Shown: piece by piece, positions 39,205-51,878 of the stretch
Position numbering within the stretch: position 1 is the stretch's first letter
Layout: the number at the start of each line of letters is the position of its first letter
DNA from: Phoronis australis
Lineage: Eukaryota > Animalia > Phoronida
Reading direction: 5' to 3'
Assembly (NCBI GenBank): GCA_002633005.1
Contig: NMRA01000075.1
Span: 609,950 to 673,949 of the forward strand
DNA: 64,000 nt
Translations under genes and position numbers: made by a program
The notes under the pieces: generated by a model
Told to the model about the DNA's origin: nothing
Database searches by the model: none
The model's input: only the letters and a program-made list of their open reading frames with translations

Positions 39205-41649
39205 TTAAATCCGTTGTTGTTTTCGTGAACATATGCTGTTACTTGCTATCATGGAGAACAGATTCTGGGATTAACCCATATTAACCACGTTCTTGTCAAG
39301 GCTCGATACTTACGACTTTAAAAGTCACAGGTGAAAAGGTTGGCGGCGACTGAAAGTGCGAAGACCGACATGAGTTACCCCAAACAGTGGGAAATATATT
39401 AGGTCAAGGAGAGATGCCTTTATTCATTGCTCTTCTCAGAAATATTCTATTTATTGCTATAATTTGTATTGTATTTTATAGAATTCCATCTGATTTTGCC
39501 CTGAATATTGGATTGTACCCAAAAACCATGTCCAGGTTTTTGAAGTCCTGTGTTTCATGCGATCGCGCTATCTATGGAGAATTATCCAAACCACAACTCT
39601 CACATCCTCCGAGAACAGTAGTTGCTCGGCTCGCGCTGACTTACATAAAGGTTCAAGCTAGTCGCCACGTATGATACGCCAAATCTTCCAGACAGGAGCT
39701 CTTTTCTACGTGTTAATGTTATGCTTATTCAACTCGCAGAATTGGTTATTACCACCAGGGATAAGTGCCCAGTTGCATGAAACAGTACCCAATAGGGACT
39801 CAACTGAGGTGACTAAATCTTTTGCATATTTGTGTCGTTCCTTACTCACACATGCAATATATTTCTATCTTATATCTTTATTATAAGCTCCTCTTCGGCT
39901 AATGACAATTTCTAATAATATAAGTAAAATCTAAATCTTAATTTATTGAAAATAACCGAGTAGGGACTTAGTCCTTAAATTATGGGGGTTGCATGAAAAG
40001 ATACCCATTTATTTTCAATGATATTGAGAATTCAATGTAGAAATCACTCAAACTTTGTATCGAAGTCATCGAATGACTTAGTAATGGAACGAAAACAGCA
40101 CAAGAAAGGACATTATTTTTTTTCACAAGTCCGCAAGCATGCATTATTAGACTTAGGGACCTTAGCTGAGGCCTATTTGGGACTGTTTCATCATAGCCTA
40201 CATGTAGGTTTCATGAAACAGAGCAGAGCCGGGGTTTCGTAACGGTACGCGAATCTATATGAGTAGGTACTGTACATATCCAATCTAAGGAGTACTGGCG
40301 CACAGAATCAGTAAGACTGGCCAGATTCATAGTACAAGTGATAGAAAGTGGTTGCCTTCGATCTAATGGGATACTAAAGGGTGTAATATAAATATGAAGT
40401 ACGCGCACTGATAATGTATTTGCGTATCGTACTTAAGCTTTACTCGTTGTCGAATGGCAGTTTTTGCGCGTAGCGCAAGAAATTCTACGTATTCAGTAAG
40501 TACATTTTTTCGCGCACACGGGTACTCGTGAACCTTTTGGAGGATCCATTGCTTTGTGCAATTGTTCATAATCGCAAGCTACAGAATCTTTCGCCTCCAC
40601 GTTCCTTTTACCATCCCTACTGGCAATGAGGTGTAATGTTACTTATTCTTAATGTTGCTCGTCCCTGATATCTCTCGATTCCACATCCGTAACGATCCCC
40701 TATTGTCCTTTCGCACAAATTGAAAGTTTTGAAGAGGATGAACAGTCAGTAACCATTGCTGTTAGGAATTTCACAACGATGCTATTGTTCTTCCTATCGT
40801 TTTCTTAATTTAAATGTCTCAAAGACAGGTGGTGCTGCTAAAGCGGCACTAAAGCCTAAAGACAAATGAACGCGTAAAACCATACGATCTGACAAAGTGG
40901 TTTCAGTGTTACTTCTAAGCACAGTATCGGATTTTGGTTGTTTGGGGCGCATTTCTTTACGTAGGAAACTGGACAGAGTGACCGTTGATTTCATCATCTG
41001 GACATTCCTACGAGAGCGGCCCGTTGAGATCAGCGCATGCAGTGAGACATACGTGTACATGTACATGTATACAGAGAAAAGTGGCAATGTGTGCCGTCTT
41101 CTAGTAACGATTTTCAAAATGTGAAAACAAGAGGTCAGCGTAATTATTTCTATATTTGAAGACTCTCTCCGTTACAGTCTCCGTTATATAATTTCAGAAA
41201 CATGTCCCTGAAGAAACGGACTTTTGGATTTTCTAAAAATGTCCCCTTAAATTAAAAAATCTCAGTGCTGTGGAAAATCTGTACATTTCATGAAATTTTC
41301 TTGAAAATTTTAGAAGTGAGGTAAGGTGCCCATTATCAAGTGCCTGGGACGATACAAACTGAAAATCCTGAAACTAGGCAGCTAGATGGATAAATTTGGC
41401 AAGTAATTAAATGTCTTTTGACGTTACCAGCAGGAAATTTTGATTTTTTAAGAAGTTGTAATCATCAACGAAATTGCCCCATAAGCGGGGACAGGCTTCA
41501 TAGTGTAAGGCCCGCACCGGTAAATGGAAAATGTTTTCATTTGAACCTTGACTTGTCTCACTTCTTTGCTGGGTCTTTCTCTTCACATTTTTGCCTGAAT
41601 CTGTCGCCTTCCACCTAGGTTTCTCCCCTGACACCAGAAAACTATTGGG

Positions 41650-41876
41650 CAGAGGCGGATATACGGGGGGAGTCAGGGGCCTTAAGCCCCTCGAGACAGG
41701 ATCAAAAATAAAAATAAAAATTGTCGCCAGGAAAACGAAATCAGCTACAAAATCAAAAAATCTTACACGGGAAATGGGGAACCCCCACCCGACCTATTCC
41801 CACTCGGCGCTACGCGCCTCGGATTCGTTCGCGCAAATCCTAACCCCCGCTTACTGAAAACGTAGATCTGCCACTG
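41650..41876 (+). mobile_element. MITE with CAGAGGCGGAT...ATCTGCCACTG termini
   Basis: Termini resemble 32005-32167 with a different interior. The TSD is degenerate. Confidence 0.65.
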
Positions 41877-42009
41877 CTGGAGGAAAGTTCTGTCCTGTCC
41901 CCGCTTCTTGCGGCCCCAGGCATGCTGTGTGACTGCGTTTAGTCGCCATTGTTGAATACTATATGCACTCCACTGTCCCACTCCATATGTACATATATGT
42001 TGAAGACAT

Positions 42010-42207
42010 AATTGCGCGTGCTCATTTAGTATTCTATTTTCACGTTCGATGACGTCAGCCGTTGAGTGGTGTAGTGGTAAAGTCGGCGACTCGAAACTCT
42101 TGAGGCCCGGGTTCGAATCCGGCAAAAATGTTATCTCAATAGTGAGATAACTTTATGGGTTATTACACGGTTGTATCTGCCATCCGAGGCTAATATTGTG
42201 GTTTAAA
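42010..42207 (+). mobile_element. 3' fragment of the element at 45255-46063, with a tRNA-like cassette
   Basis: Homologous to 45858-46063. A box TGGTGTAGTGG 42067-77, B box GGTTCGAATCC 42110-20. Followed by (CAATA)n. Confidence 0.8.
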
Positions 42208-42550
42208 ATACAATACAGGGCAATACAACACAACACAATACAATACAATACAATACAAGTAGCGTTGCATATCATCACTCCACGGAATTCAACGCAATGA
42301 ACAAATTCTTAGAGATACATGTAACTTTATTTGTATACTTATTTGTGTGTGCATGTGCTCATACATGTATATAAGGATGCGTGTGCGTAAGTCTACATGT
42401 ATGTGTGCACAAAAGCTGAGTAAAGCTTGTAATTTGTTTATGGTTATTCACGGTAGACATGATTGAAAATCAGCTTGAGTCATTTCATATTATCTGAAAT
42501 TTTGTTTTCTTAATATCTAAGTCTAGCAGGTGTGTGGGTGTTTATCTTGT

Positions 42551-43250
42551 CTAGATTTGGAGAAGATCTTTCATTCTTAAATGATGTTTCTGGAAATGTG
42601 AAAGCCTGCGTAAACAGTGAGTTGGCATGATTGATTTGTAAAATGGAGTCTTAAGTGTCGGATTGTAGTTGCAGAATATTAGCGATAAAGTTTCCTGGGA
42701 GAATTGGTGAACGAGACTTTTTAAATAGATTGTGATAACAAATGAAGTAGTTATGGAAGTAATGTGGAAGTTGTATGAATAAAAACTCGCTTTAATGTGC
42801 ATAGCTTGCACACTTCACGAGGTCGCAATTTAAAGTGCTTACATTTGAATACACATGGTCCAGGTGAGCTACAAAGAAACCTGTCATTGTCATTGATATT
42901 TTAAGGAAAAACCTTTTTACTTCAGTACAAATAAGCCGGTTTGCGCTGTAAAATACAAAATTATCTTCAGCACAAAGTGTTACTTTGAAGTTAAAATCTG
43001 TCGTTTTTTTCTGTATTGTTATTTTCGCATGGCTGCTTAAAAAGTAATTCGTCGGTCGTTCAAAGGAAATTATTGGTTTGTTGGAATTGAAGTTAATAGC
43101 TTTGACCAATGCCATACAATCGTAAATTCTGTTGCGTTTGTTTATTTTTTTTCGAAATTGCTTATCCTCGACGTAGACTGCCAGAAATTCGTTGAAATCA
43201 AGACCGGTGACTTTATCAGTTAAACACGCTTAAAGTACTTAGGCATTTAT
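42551..43250 (-). mobile_element. Highly degenerate CR1/L2 RT and C-terminal fragment
   Basis: KVTLCAEDNFVFYS resembles the ILFADDTNLFYS RT motif. The downstream YLKSLVHQF...NYN region resembles the ORF2 C-terminus. Confidence 0.45.
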
Positions 43251-43694
43251 CGAGTGAGATTTAGCTCTTCAAGCATACATGTAGAACTTTCATGTAACCG
43301 CGGGACTTCCAGTTTCGATTGTGAGCTGTAGCTTGTCCCAAGAATTTACCTTTTTTCAATGATAAGGTTTCCCTAAAGATCGATTTTGTGTTCAGTACGT
43401 TAATACGATAACTCTTCACTAATCTAGCACACTATATGGTCGACAAGGGAGTTAATCTATTTTTTCAAGTTCTTCACAAAACTGAACACTTTGTCATTTG
43501 AAATGAGCTATTCAAAAATAATTGATCTTAGAAAGAAACACTAAATCAATTAATTCATAAGGTATTACCAGACAATCCCACTCTCGTGAAAGAATCAATT
43601 GGTATGTCCTATGTGCACCACTCAAAAGAAGACTGACACTGGTCTACATGTACCTATAAACACCCGCACGTGCACCTCCACCCCCACGCACGAG

Positions 43695-43720
43695 TATGTA
43701 TATATACATTTATTTATTTA

Positions 43721-43752
<32 letters not shown>

Positions 43753-43880
43753 GTTTATTTATTTATCATTTATTTACATATATATATATTTATTTATTAT
43801 TTATTTATTTATTTATTTAGCGATATTTAAACGCTGGCAATGGTTTACTTGTATATATATATGTATATATATATATATAG
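43695..43880. repeat. (TA)n/(TTTA)n microsatellite
   Basis: Directly visible. Confidence 0.9.
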
Positions 43881-44104
43881 GATATACCACTCAAAAGATT
43901 AAAAACTTTTTTGTCTGTTACAAGTAATCCATGCTTTGACCTGTATAGATGCCATAAAACGACATTTTGCAAATATTCCAATATTTTAAATAAAGGAATA
44001 GGAGTGGAAAACGGAAAATTACAACTTGGAAATGTTTTTGTTCGAAATAAGTGAAGAATTACCATAATACTGAGCTTAAGACTCTTTCGAAAGGTAGCAC
44101 TGTG

Positions 44105-44432
44105 GATGTTGTTTATCATCGGCTTCTCATCGGTTAAGTAATGAAACCTACGTCATAACATTCAGTCATTCCCATTGGTTGAAATCTGGAAAACCCCTTT
44201 GACTTGAATGGTTGCAATTTATTAAAACGGGCAGTGATTGAAGTAAACAAAATCAAGGGATCTCCATCCCGTGACTAAACCCAAAAAAGTAAAGTGCATA
44301 GAAGTCGTGCGGAAGTGGTGGCGATGTGATCGATAAACTTCCGACCAAGCATACGCATTGATGCCCACACACGGAATTCCGTGTTTCCACAAGGCCTCTC
44401 TTCAGTATAGGTGGCGCTGTGTCAGAGGGTAT
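44105..44432 (+). repeat. Interspersed repeat of about 330 bp, copy 1
   Basis: Colinear homology with 56366-56715 (AATGAAACC.ACGTCATAACATTCAGTCATTCCC...GCCCACACACGGAATTCCGT...TTCAGTATAGGT). Confidence 0.85.
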
Positions 44433-45254
44433 AGCTAACTTCTGATCATCGCCATTATCTTTTAAAAAGCAGAAGCGTGTCCCAAATCAGTCATTAAAAC
44501 TAATGTATCAAATCGGCAATAGTGATTAATTTTGCGAATCGGTTTATCGCCGATTACACGGAAACAACGTTACATTCCACCGATGCAAACCCTTTGTGAG
44601 ATAGACGTAGTCGTTTTAAATGCAGTGTTTCGTAACAAGTATAACAAATGAAGTAGGCCTAATAAAATCAGGGCTAGGTTACGGAGACGTAAGAAACTCG
44701 CGACAACGTAACGTAGAGATTCTTCGAGATGTCGCCATGCATTACGCGAGATCATTTTGTGTCCAATGAGCTATATGATTTATCTCATTTCTTGTGTCAA
44801 TGGAACGAAGTTAGATTTGTGACAATATCACCGTGACAGGGCATGGTTTCTTTTAATTGTGGTGATGAGTAGAGTGGGGTAAGACGCACTAGCAAAGCAA
44901 GAAAAATAGTGCGTTTTGACTCTTCTAATACATATGTCCTACTTAATTATCATGAACTCATTTGCATAGACGTTATCTACCAGTGGGAGTTAAGAACTAT
45001 ATAAAAACAAATTAGGGATTTTTGCCGTTTGGTAATAATAACGCCCACCCCTTTGGCGTAAACCGAGCTCAGGCGTTCGGGTTGGAGTAATAGCCACTTT
45101 CACTCTTTTCGGTACGAATAAAACGCTCAGTAACAGGCATTTTGCTCTGGCTTGTAGGCTATCTAAAAAAATTAAGAAGTTCGTTCAGGTTCAAATTCTT
45201 TTAGTAAGGCAATGATAATGATAAACGAGACGCACTAGCGCGCTTATAAAAATA

Positions 45255-46063
45255 TATATAGATTATCACATGGCGAAGTCGTTATCCCCAGTTATTTAGA
45301 GCCCGAGTGGATTTTGGAGAATTATCGCCCGATAACGGCTGAGAACATGTAATAATCTATTTATACCACATACTAAACGAGAAACATTGCAATGAATCGA
45401 TTTACCTTTTCTTACTCTCCACGGCTTTTGTAACTACTTTCTATGTCAGAGGCCCGGGGTCGGAGGTCGTGACCTTTTAAGAAAACCCCGGCTATTTTTG
45501 TCAAATAATGCTTTTACTCAAAACCAATTGAAAACTTAAACATTATAGAAATAAATTGAATTGATAAATTAAGGTTTACCAACTATTATAGCTTAAAACC
45601 CGTTTTTTTCACGCTAAGCTTCGACCGGGAAATTATCGTCTGCTAAAGTAGGTTACCACTGGTAACTGAATATAATTCTCAAGTCAAAGATCCTGACGAC
45701 ACGATACCCGCATTCAAACTAGAAATCGGTGATTTACAAGTAAGAGGACATGCGAGAAAAATTTCACCGAATGAAGATATCATTTTTATGGAAATTGTGT
45801 GTCTTAGTTTTCGTAGCGTATATGTACAGTACGATGCGGTTTGTTGAACGTGCGATTATTGCGCGTGCTCATTTAAGTATTCTATTTTCACTCTTGATGA
45901 CGTCAGTCGCTGCGTAGTGGTAAAGTCGGCGACCAGCAATATTAGGGTCCCGGGTTCGACCCCGTCCTCGGTTTCCCGCCAAATCGTTATCTCACTAATG
46001 AGATAACTTTATGGGTTATTACACGGTTGTATCTGCCATTTGACGTTAATATTGTGGTATAAA
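45255..46063 (+). mobile_element. Non-autonomous Crypton/DIRS-like element with an internal complementary region and a tRNA-like cassette
   Basis: Internal TGTAATAATCTAT-TTATACCACA (45348-45370) is the reverse complement of the right end TGTGGTATAA (46053-62) joined to the left end ATAGATTATCACA (45258-70). tRNA-like A and B boxes at about 45910-45963. Confidence 0.65.
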
Positions 46064-48246
46064 ACGTGTTTATCTAAGAAAACAGCATTACGTCATTTAT
46101 GTGCTACCATTATAACTTAACGAGACTAAAACATGTTTCAATCGTTCAGTTTTCGACTGTCTTTCGGAAAATACTAAATGTCAAATACCACTGTGAATTA
46201 AAGATGTACTTGCATGCTCCTAAATATGATAGTTTATAGCAGGAGTTAAACGATTTGAACATAATCTACGCTAAACACAGTGCAGTTGTATTCATTGACA
46301 ACTTGTAAATGTGAAAACAAAAAATTCTGCAAATAGGTGACCTTTGCACTGATGACGTACCCGCATCATGCAGTGTTATTGCCCAACACCATGTTACGAT
46401 ACTTACTGAATACGGTTGAGAGATTTACGGCGGATCATTTTCGACACAAAACTCGTTCAGTGGGAAGTTCCTGGAAAGCACGTGTATTCAAAATGTGTAC
46501 CCTGTGGAAAATTTTCCTTTGCGCATGGTCTAGGAAGCTTTGCAAAATAAACCGTATAGTCCGGATACCTATCGTCGTCAGGCTCCAAAGGTCGTCCGCC
46601 ATCTTCTTTCGCGTGCAGCGCAGCCACGCGGGACTTAGCGTTCCAATTTGAAGTCCTCGTCTGCACGTTAGGTACTAACCTCTCGGGAGAAACACGCATG
46701 GAAGAACTGAGACTAAAATTAATGCATTTACCGACTGTTTTTTTGAGACCACTTAAAAACTTGTTGATTTTACTAATGCACTTTTTTGTTCATTTTCAGA
46801 AGATATTTTCGAAATTAAATTTTCTTCAGACGGAACAAAAAGCAACCCAGGGATTGTTTATGCAATGTATCTATTTGTCCCAGGCACTAACCGACATCTG
46901 TTAGGCCAAAGGAAAAACGCAGCAGACAAATGGAACACGCTGGGTGCTTAACAGTTTCGGCCCACGCCTTGGTCATCAAACTATTGTTCACTTGTTTTTT
47001 TTTTGCAACACAAAGTACTGAGCTCACCATTTATGTTGAAATTTTTGGTTAAAGCATTTTGAATTGATTTGAAGAAAATTAAAATACTTGAATTGATAGA
47101 GAATGGCCACCAATAAAGTAAAACATTGACTTTATTTCACTATATTGCAATTATTACATACAACACAGCATGACATAATCAAAAATAAAAGAAGAGATTG
47201 AGCAATAAAATTCAAATGCAACTTGGGTATTTATATATTTATTTATTTATGAATGCAGAAGCCTGTTAAAGATGAGAAAAAATCAAACAATACAATTATG
47301 GGTAATAATTTATTAGAACAATTGTATCGAGGTTCAATGATCAACTTTCGCCGACCAAGTCTCAAAGGGTTACAGTTCTGTTTTGGCTGACAAGGTGTTA
47401 ACAGAGAATGAAGAGAAACTGAAAAGAAAAAAAGGACAGCAGAGATAAGTGGTGTTAAGAACAACATGAACAAAAAGTCAAATAAAGAGGTCACAAATAC
47501 AAAATAAATGAGGTCTATCTGGAATAAAACAATTTATTTTCCAGAACTGAAATTCTAAATCAATTTTAATCGATTTAAAAATCGATATCATACTAGTAAA
47601 ACGGTTTGTGGTTGAAGTAGAGTTGCTGTAAACCACTTTCCACTATTTTCTTGGCCTTTTCCTGTGTGGTTTTCTGTTCATTTAAAAGGCAGCAGCATAT
47701 GACGACCATTGGAGTCATTATAAATGGCTGCCGAAAAGCAACGCACAGTTGAACAACTCGGCTTAAGTAAAAGAAAACGTTTGAATCAACGAATACTATA
47801 TATTTGTAAACGTTAAATCAAATCCTATTCAGAGCATAACTTTGAAATGGAATAATTGGGTGAGTACGACAACAAGGCGGTTTTATGCTTAGGCGGACGA
47901 CCATTGGGTTCCCGAGTATACTTTACGTTCTACATGTATGTCATGATATAGTTACACTTCTGACTTACAGTGGAGGTTTAATTTCAGTTCACGCAAAATC
48001 TTTTTACAGTGTTTTGTTGCTTATAGAAGCATGGTTGTCCACCGAGATCGAGTCTTAAAGTTGACTGCAGTATCAGGGGCACGCTCAGTCGTGACTAAGC
48101 AATTTACTAAAAACCGTTACGAACACCTTCTCATTTGAAATGAGCTTTTCTCAAATAAATGAGCTTCGAAAAAATGACTTAAATTGAATACTTAATAAGG
48201 TATTGCCCAGACAATGCCACACTGGCAATTTCATTAATCGGTCTAT

Positions 48247-48248
<2 letters not shown>

Positions 48249-48328
<80 letters not shown>
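48249..48328. repeat. (TA)n microsatellite
   Basis: About 40 perfect TA units. Confidence 0.98.
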
Positions 48329-48332
<4 letters not shown>

Positions 48333-48389
48333 TATAGTAACTACTTACAAATGCCTGCTGCACGACGTACATGTAGAAGATCACGTAAA

Positions 48390-49440
48390 TAAGTCAATTG
48401 GGACGCTGGCGTGCGTGGCGCACGTGCTTCATAGTTTTAACGGACATGGCGCTTTGCCATTTATATTAGATAAGTTCACATCCCCCAGCAGAGCCTAAGA
48501 CTTTGATGGTGAGCGCTGCAGGTTCGAATCCGGGCTCAGAAATTTACTTTTCTCTACCATCATGTCCAGTTGAGCGCTCCGAAAATCCATCAACAGTATG
48601 TAACCGCTTAAATTTAATCCGCCAAATCATTGGTCATTGTTTCGGGTAAAATCCCGTCACAGCGTTCATTTGAGCTTACGGGCGACCAGTTGAGACAATT
48701 AATTGTTCTCACATGAGGGGGCTAGCAAAGAAAGTTCTAAACATCCGGGGACATCACAGACAACTTGGTGACATGCAAACAAAACGATGGAAAACAATTG
48801 ACAAATATTTCACTAAAGGATGACCTCAAGGAAGCTAATGGACGGTGAAGACCAGCCTATGGTCAGAAGTCCACTGAAACCTTCAACAGAGGATATGAGG
48901 GATGAGAGTTACAAGGCCTTGGAGTTGGAATACGACAAAAAATGGAAGGAAAAGATAAGAAAAATAAAATCATTGGAGAACCAACTTCCAGGATTCAAAG
49001 GAGTAATCGAGCAACTAGTAAAAGACAGGACAATGAGTTCGACGAGCTGCAACAATATAGCCGGCGACACTGTTTGGTTATCAATGGGGTAACAAAAGCA
49101 GGAAAACATCGACCATATTGTGATTTCACGGGCGCAAAAATGGGAGCCTCAACCCATAAGTCCGACATTAGTTGCAGCCACCGACTGCATAGAAAAGATG
49201 CAGTTTTGACCAATAAACGTCCGAAAATTGTGAAATTTGTGTCCTTCAATGCTCTGTCTTGCTTCACAAAACAGAAAAGTCTAAAAGACGTCGCAACTTG
49301 ACCAAACGCCTTGCGCAGCTGTTCAAAGCCTGCAGAGACTTAAGTACCATGGTTGCTGGACAGTCTTTCGATGGCCGTGTGTACTACAACGATTGGGGTA
49401 GCGATATAAGTCAAGTGATTGTCTACAGGACTTGTCAGGA
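48390..49440 (+). mobile_element. LINE 5' part: 5' UTR plus frameshifted ORF1 (CR1/L2-type, L1-ORF1p-like RRM)
   Basis: Coiled-coil-like ORF 48820-49092, then DELQQYSRRHCLVINGV, DISCSHRL, RPKIVKF, NLTKR..QLFKACR and SFDGRVY. These match the LEQYSRRxNL...DIxxxHRL...RPIIVKF ORF1 pattern. Confidence 0.8.
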
Positions 49441-49784
49441 ATTTTAGTAACAGGAGGTATGATACTTTAGTGTGACGCATACTGTATGTACATGTAATTT
49501 ACCGGTAAAATTAGCTCTGTGCTCTGTGTATCATTCTTCATATGTTCTAACTCTGACGCGTATAATCTGAACGACTTCACTTGCCTGTGGCTTGAATTCA
49601 GTCTGTTGCACACATCCTGTTGGTTCCTTATAGGCTACATTTGGTATCAGTCCTAATGGGGCTATTCGGAGAATTCTCCTCGCGGTGTCGCTGCTGTACT
49701 AGTGGTGATTGAATTGCGCATGCGTGGCTGTCTGCATGTAAACAACTGGTAAAAAATGGAATTTTTATCAAAATACGTCATCGC

Positions 49785-49978
49785 CCTAAGCCTTATTACT
49801 GCTGATTTTCCTGGTGCAAGTCTTCGACAGGTGGCCACAAATTCCCAAAAGACCTAAGGTTACTACATTCCTGGACAATTGCGGTCAACAGGATCAACTA
49901 ACTGACAAAAAGTGCTGAAGCCCCGTGTGTGCTCTATGACTATGCACTTCCATTTGGAGACTACACAACATTACTTGG
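49785..49978 (+). pseudogene. THAP-domain exon remnant
   Basis: PKPYYC*FSWCKSSTGGHKFPKDLRLLHSWTIAVNR...RVCSM(TM)HF followed by a GTAAGT donor at 49978. Fits the C2CH THAP signature, with stops and a frameshift. Confidence 0.7.
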
Positions 49979-50108
49979 TAAGTTTTTAGCAATCAGTTTC
50001 TATCAACATCGTTCGGTGATGTTTTGACTATGCAGTTCCATTCGGAGACTACACAACATTACTTGGTAAGTTTTTAGCAATCAGTTTCTATCAACATCGT
50101 ACGGTGAT
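49937..50108. repeat. 88-bp tandem duplication
   Basis: TGACTATGCA.TTCCATT.GGAGACTACACAACATTACTTGGTAAG... at 49937 and 50025. Confidence 0.95.
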
Positions 50109-51114
50109 TTTATCCCCACCAGTTACCCCACTGAATAACAGTTTTATTGAGTGGAACTAAGTGTTTCTTTTTGGAAACTCACCCGATGCTGGGTAGGCTA
50201 GCAGCACATATCCATATTGTCCTGGGTGGGAGTGCTCCCAAAAAATAAGAGGTGTATGGTACATGATTCACAGAAGTCAAGAGTGACTTTTTCACAGCAG
50301 TTTCTCTTCAAAACTATGCTGTTTCCAATAAAATTCTCTAGATGTCTGAGTTTCCTTATTTTATCGTGGACCCCACCCCCAGGACCACCAGCTTAGTTAT
50401 CGAATTAACATGAATAAGCCTTCAGTAAATGTCGTAACATTGCATTGGAAAAAAATTGAAACCTAGAATGAATTTTACTTGTTGAGATCAGAAGCACATT
50501 TTAAGTGTCATGAAAAATACACATTGTTAAATTACTTTTAGCCTGTTTCACATGTTTTAATTCAGATATCAAATAAGACTTGGGTACAAAGGTTAATAGT
50601 TTCTACACATAAACATGAAGATGAGATGTCAAGTATGTTCTGCCTTACAAAAGTAGATTTGTCTTGTCTTTTCATTTACAATTTGCTAATATTTCTATTC
50701 TGTTACAGGCAAGAAAAAACAACTGAAACCAACCGCCTGACCATCTATTTCACCGTTGGACAAAGTGAAAAGCAATCCTTCAGCAATAACCTGAGAGAAT
50801 TGAACGTAATTCAGAAATTCAGCACCTGATATGCCTGATTATGGACTCCCTCACAGTGTTGTTTCTTTCTGTGCTTTTTCAGTTTGTCATTTGCTTTTAA
50901 ATACACTGATAATTGTTTATTCTCGAATCTTGTGCATAGCAGATTCTTATCCAGCTAGCTACAATTGAAAACATACAATAAGACAATCGATGCAGTCACT
51001 GAATGTCATTTCCCCATAATATGTACCAAATTGAAAAGTTTTACCAATAGTATAAGCTTTAAGCCTTTCTTCTGAAAGGAAAATTTAATGTCACTCAGCT
51101 TTTGTCTTTCATTT

Positions 51115-51330
51115 CACTGGGTTCTAGTTTCAATGGCCTATAGAAGCGCTTGTAAAAAAGGTGCAGCTTCAACACGTGTCTTTCTTTCATGTAACCTCAT
51201 TCAGCCTAAATAACATCCACAATTAGACCCTTGAAGGTAAACACAGCAGCATATCACTTGAATCGTTTTGAGCCCAAAATCAGACTCTGAACTAGACCAG
51301 AGTGTGGCTAGGTCTATTTTAGCTTCAGTC
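51115..51330 (-). pseudogene. YqaJ/lambda-exonuclease-like C-terminal remnant
   Basis: A single frame reads LKLK*T*PHSGLVQSLILGSKRFK*YAAVFTFKGLIVDVI*AE*GYMKERHVLKLHLFYKRFYRPLKLEP. It resembles LKxxHxYYxQVQGQ...CDFVVYTxKG...PKLxxFY...PEL of transposon YqaJ proteins. Confidence 0.62.
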
Positions 51331-51689
51331 CCTCATGTTTCTTCCAGGAAAGGAAATAAGCTATTGTCCACACATGACTCATTGCCTATGAAAAGGCATC
51401 CTCACCAACAAGGCTTACATGTATTTGTGTAGCAGTTAGATATAGTTCGTCTGGATACACAGACACTCCACTGGCACATTGTCTTATGGTAACTTAGTAC
51501 TGCGATTCACATTTCTCCAGGGCCACTGACTTGCACATTGTGCCATGCGGCACTGCTGGTGTGTGGAAGCGCTGTGGGAAGAGAATGGAGTAACAAAGCT
51601 TGTCTATGATACAGCTTGAAGTGGCCTCTTCAGGCGTTGTGTCGCAGGGGCCTTCATCAATTCAGCGGACATATCTCTCTCTTAACTTG

Positions 51690-51878
51690 ACGGCAGAAAA
51701 TGCATGCCACACACTGGGTTACCCTCCACTGCTTTGAACGTTGCGTGGGCGGATAACGCTGCGTTCTTAGCACGAACGAGCCAAGTGTGTCATCCTCCGG
51801 AAAGCGATGCAAAGATACTCCCAAAGCGCGCGTGAGACGATAATAAGTACATCCCGGTAGGGAGCAAAAGTGTGGCAT
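51690..51878 (-). pseudogene. THAP-domain remnant
   Basis: ATG at 51878: MPHFCSLPGC...VSLHRFPED..., followed by a frameshifted VCGMHF. Confidence 0.75.

Noticed and set aside
41192-41220. Second hammerhead candidate (GAAACATGTC-CCTGAAGA), also 38945-38975
   Set aside because: No room for stem I in the first case, and no CUGANGA box in the second.
42058-42124. Functional tRNA gene
   Set aside because: A and B boxes are present but the acceptor and anticodon stems do not pair, and it lies in a repeat with a diverged second copy.
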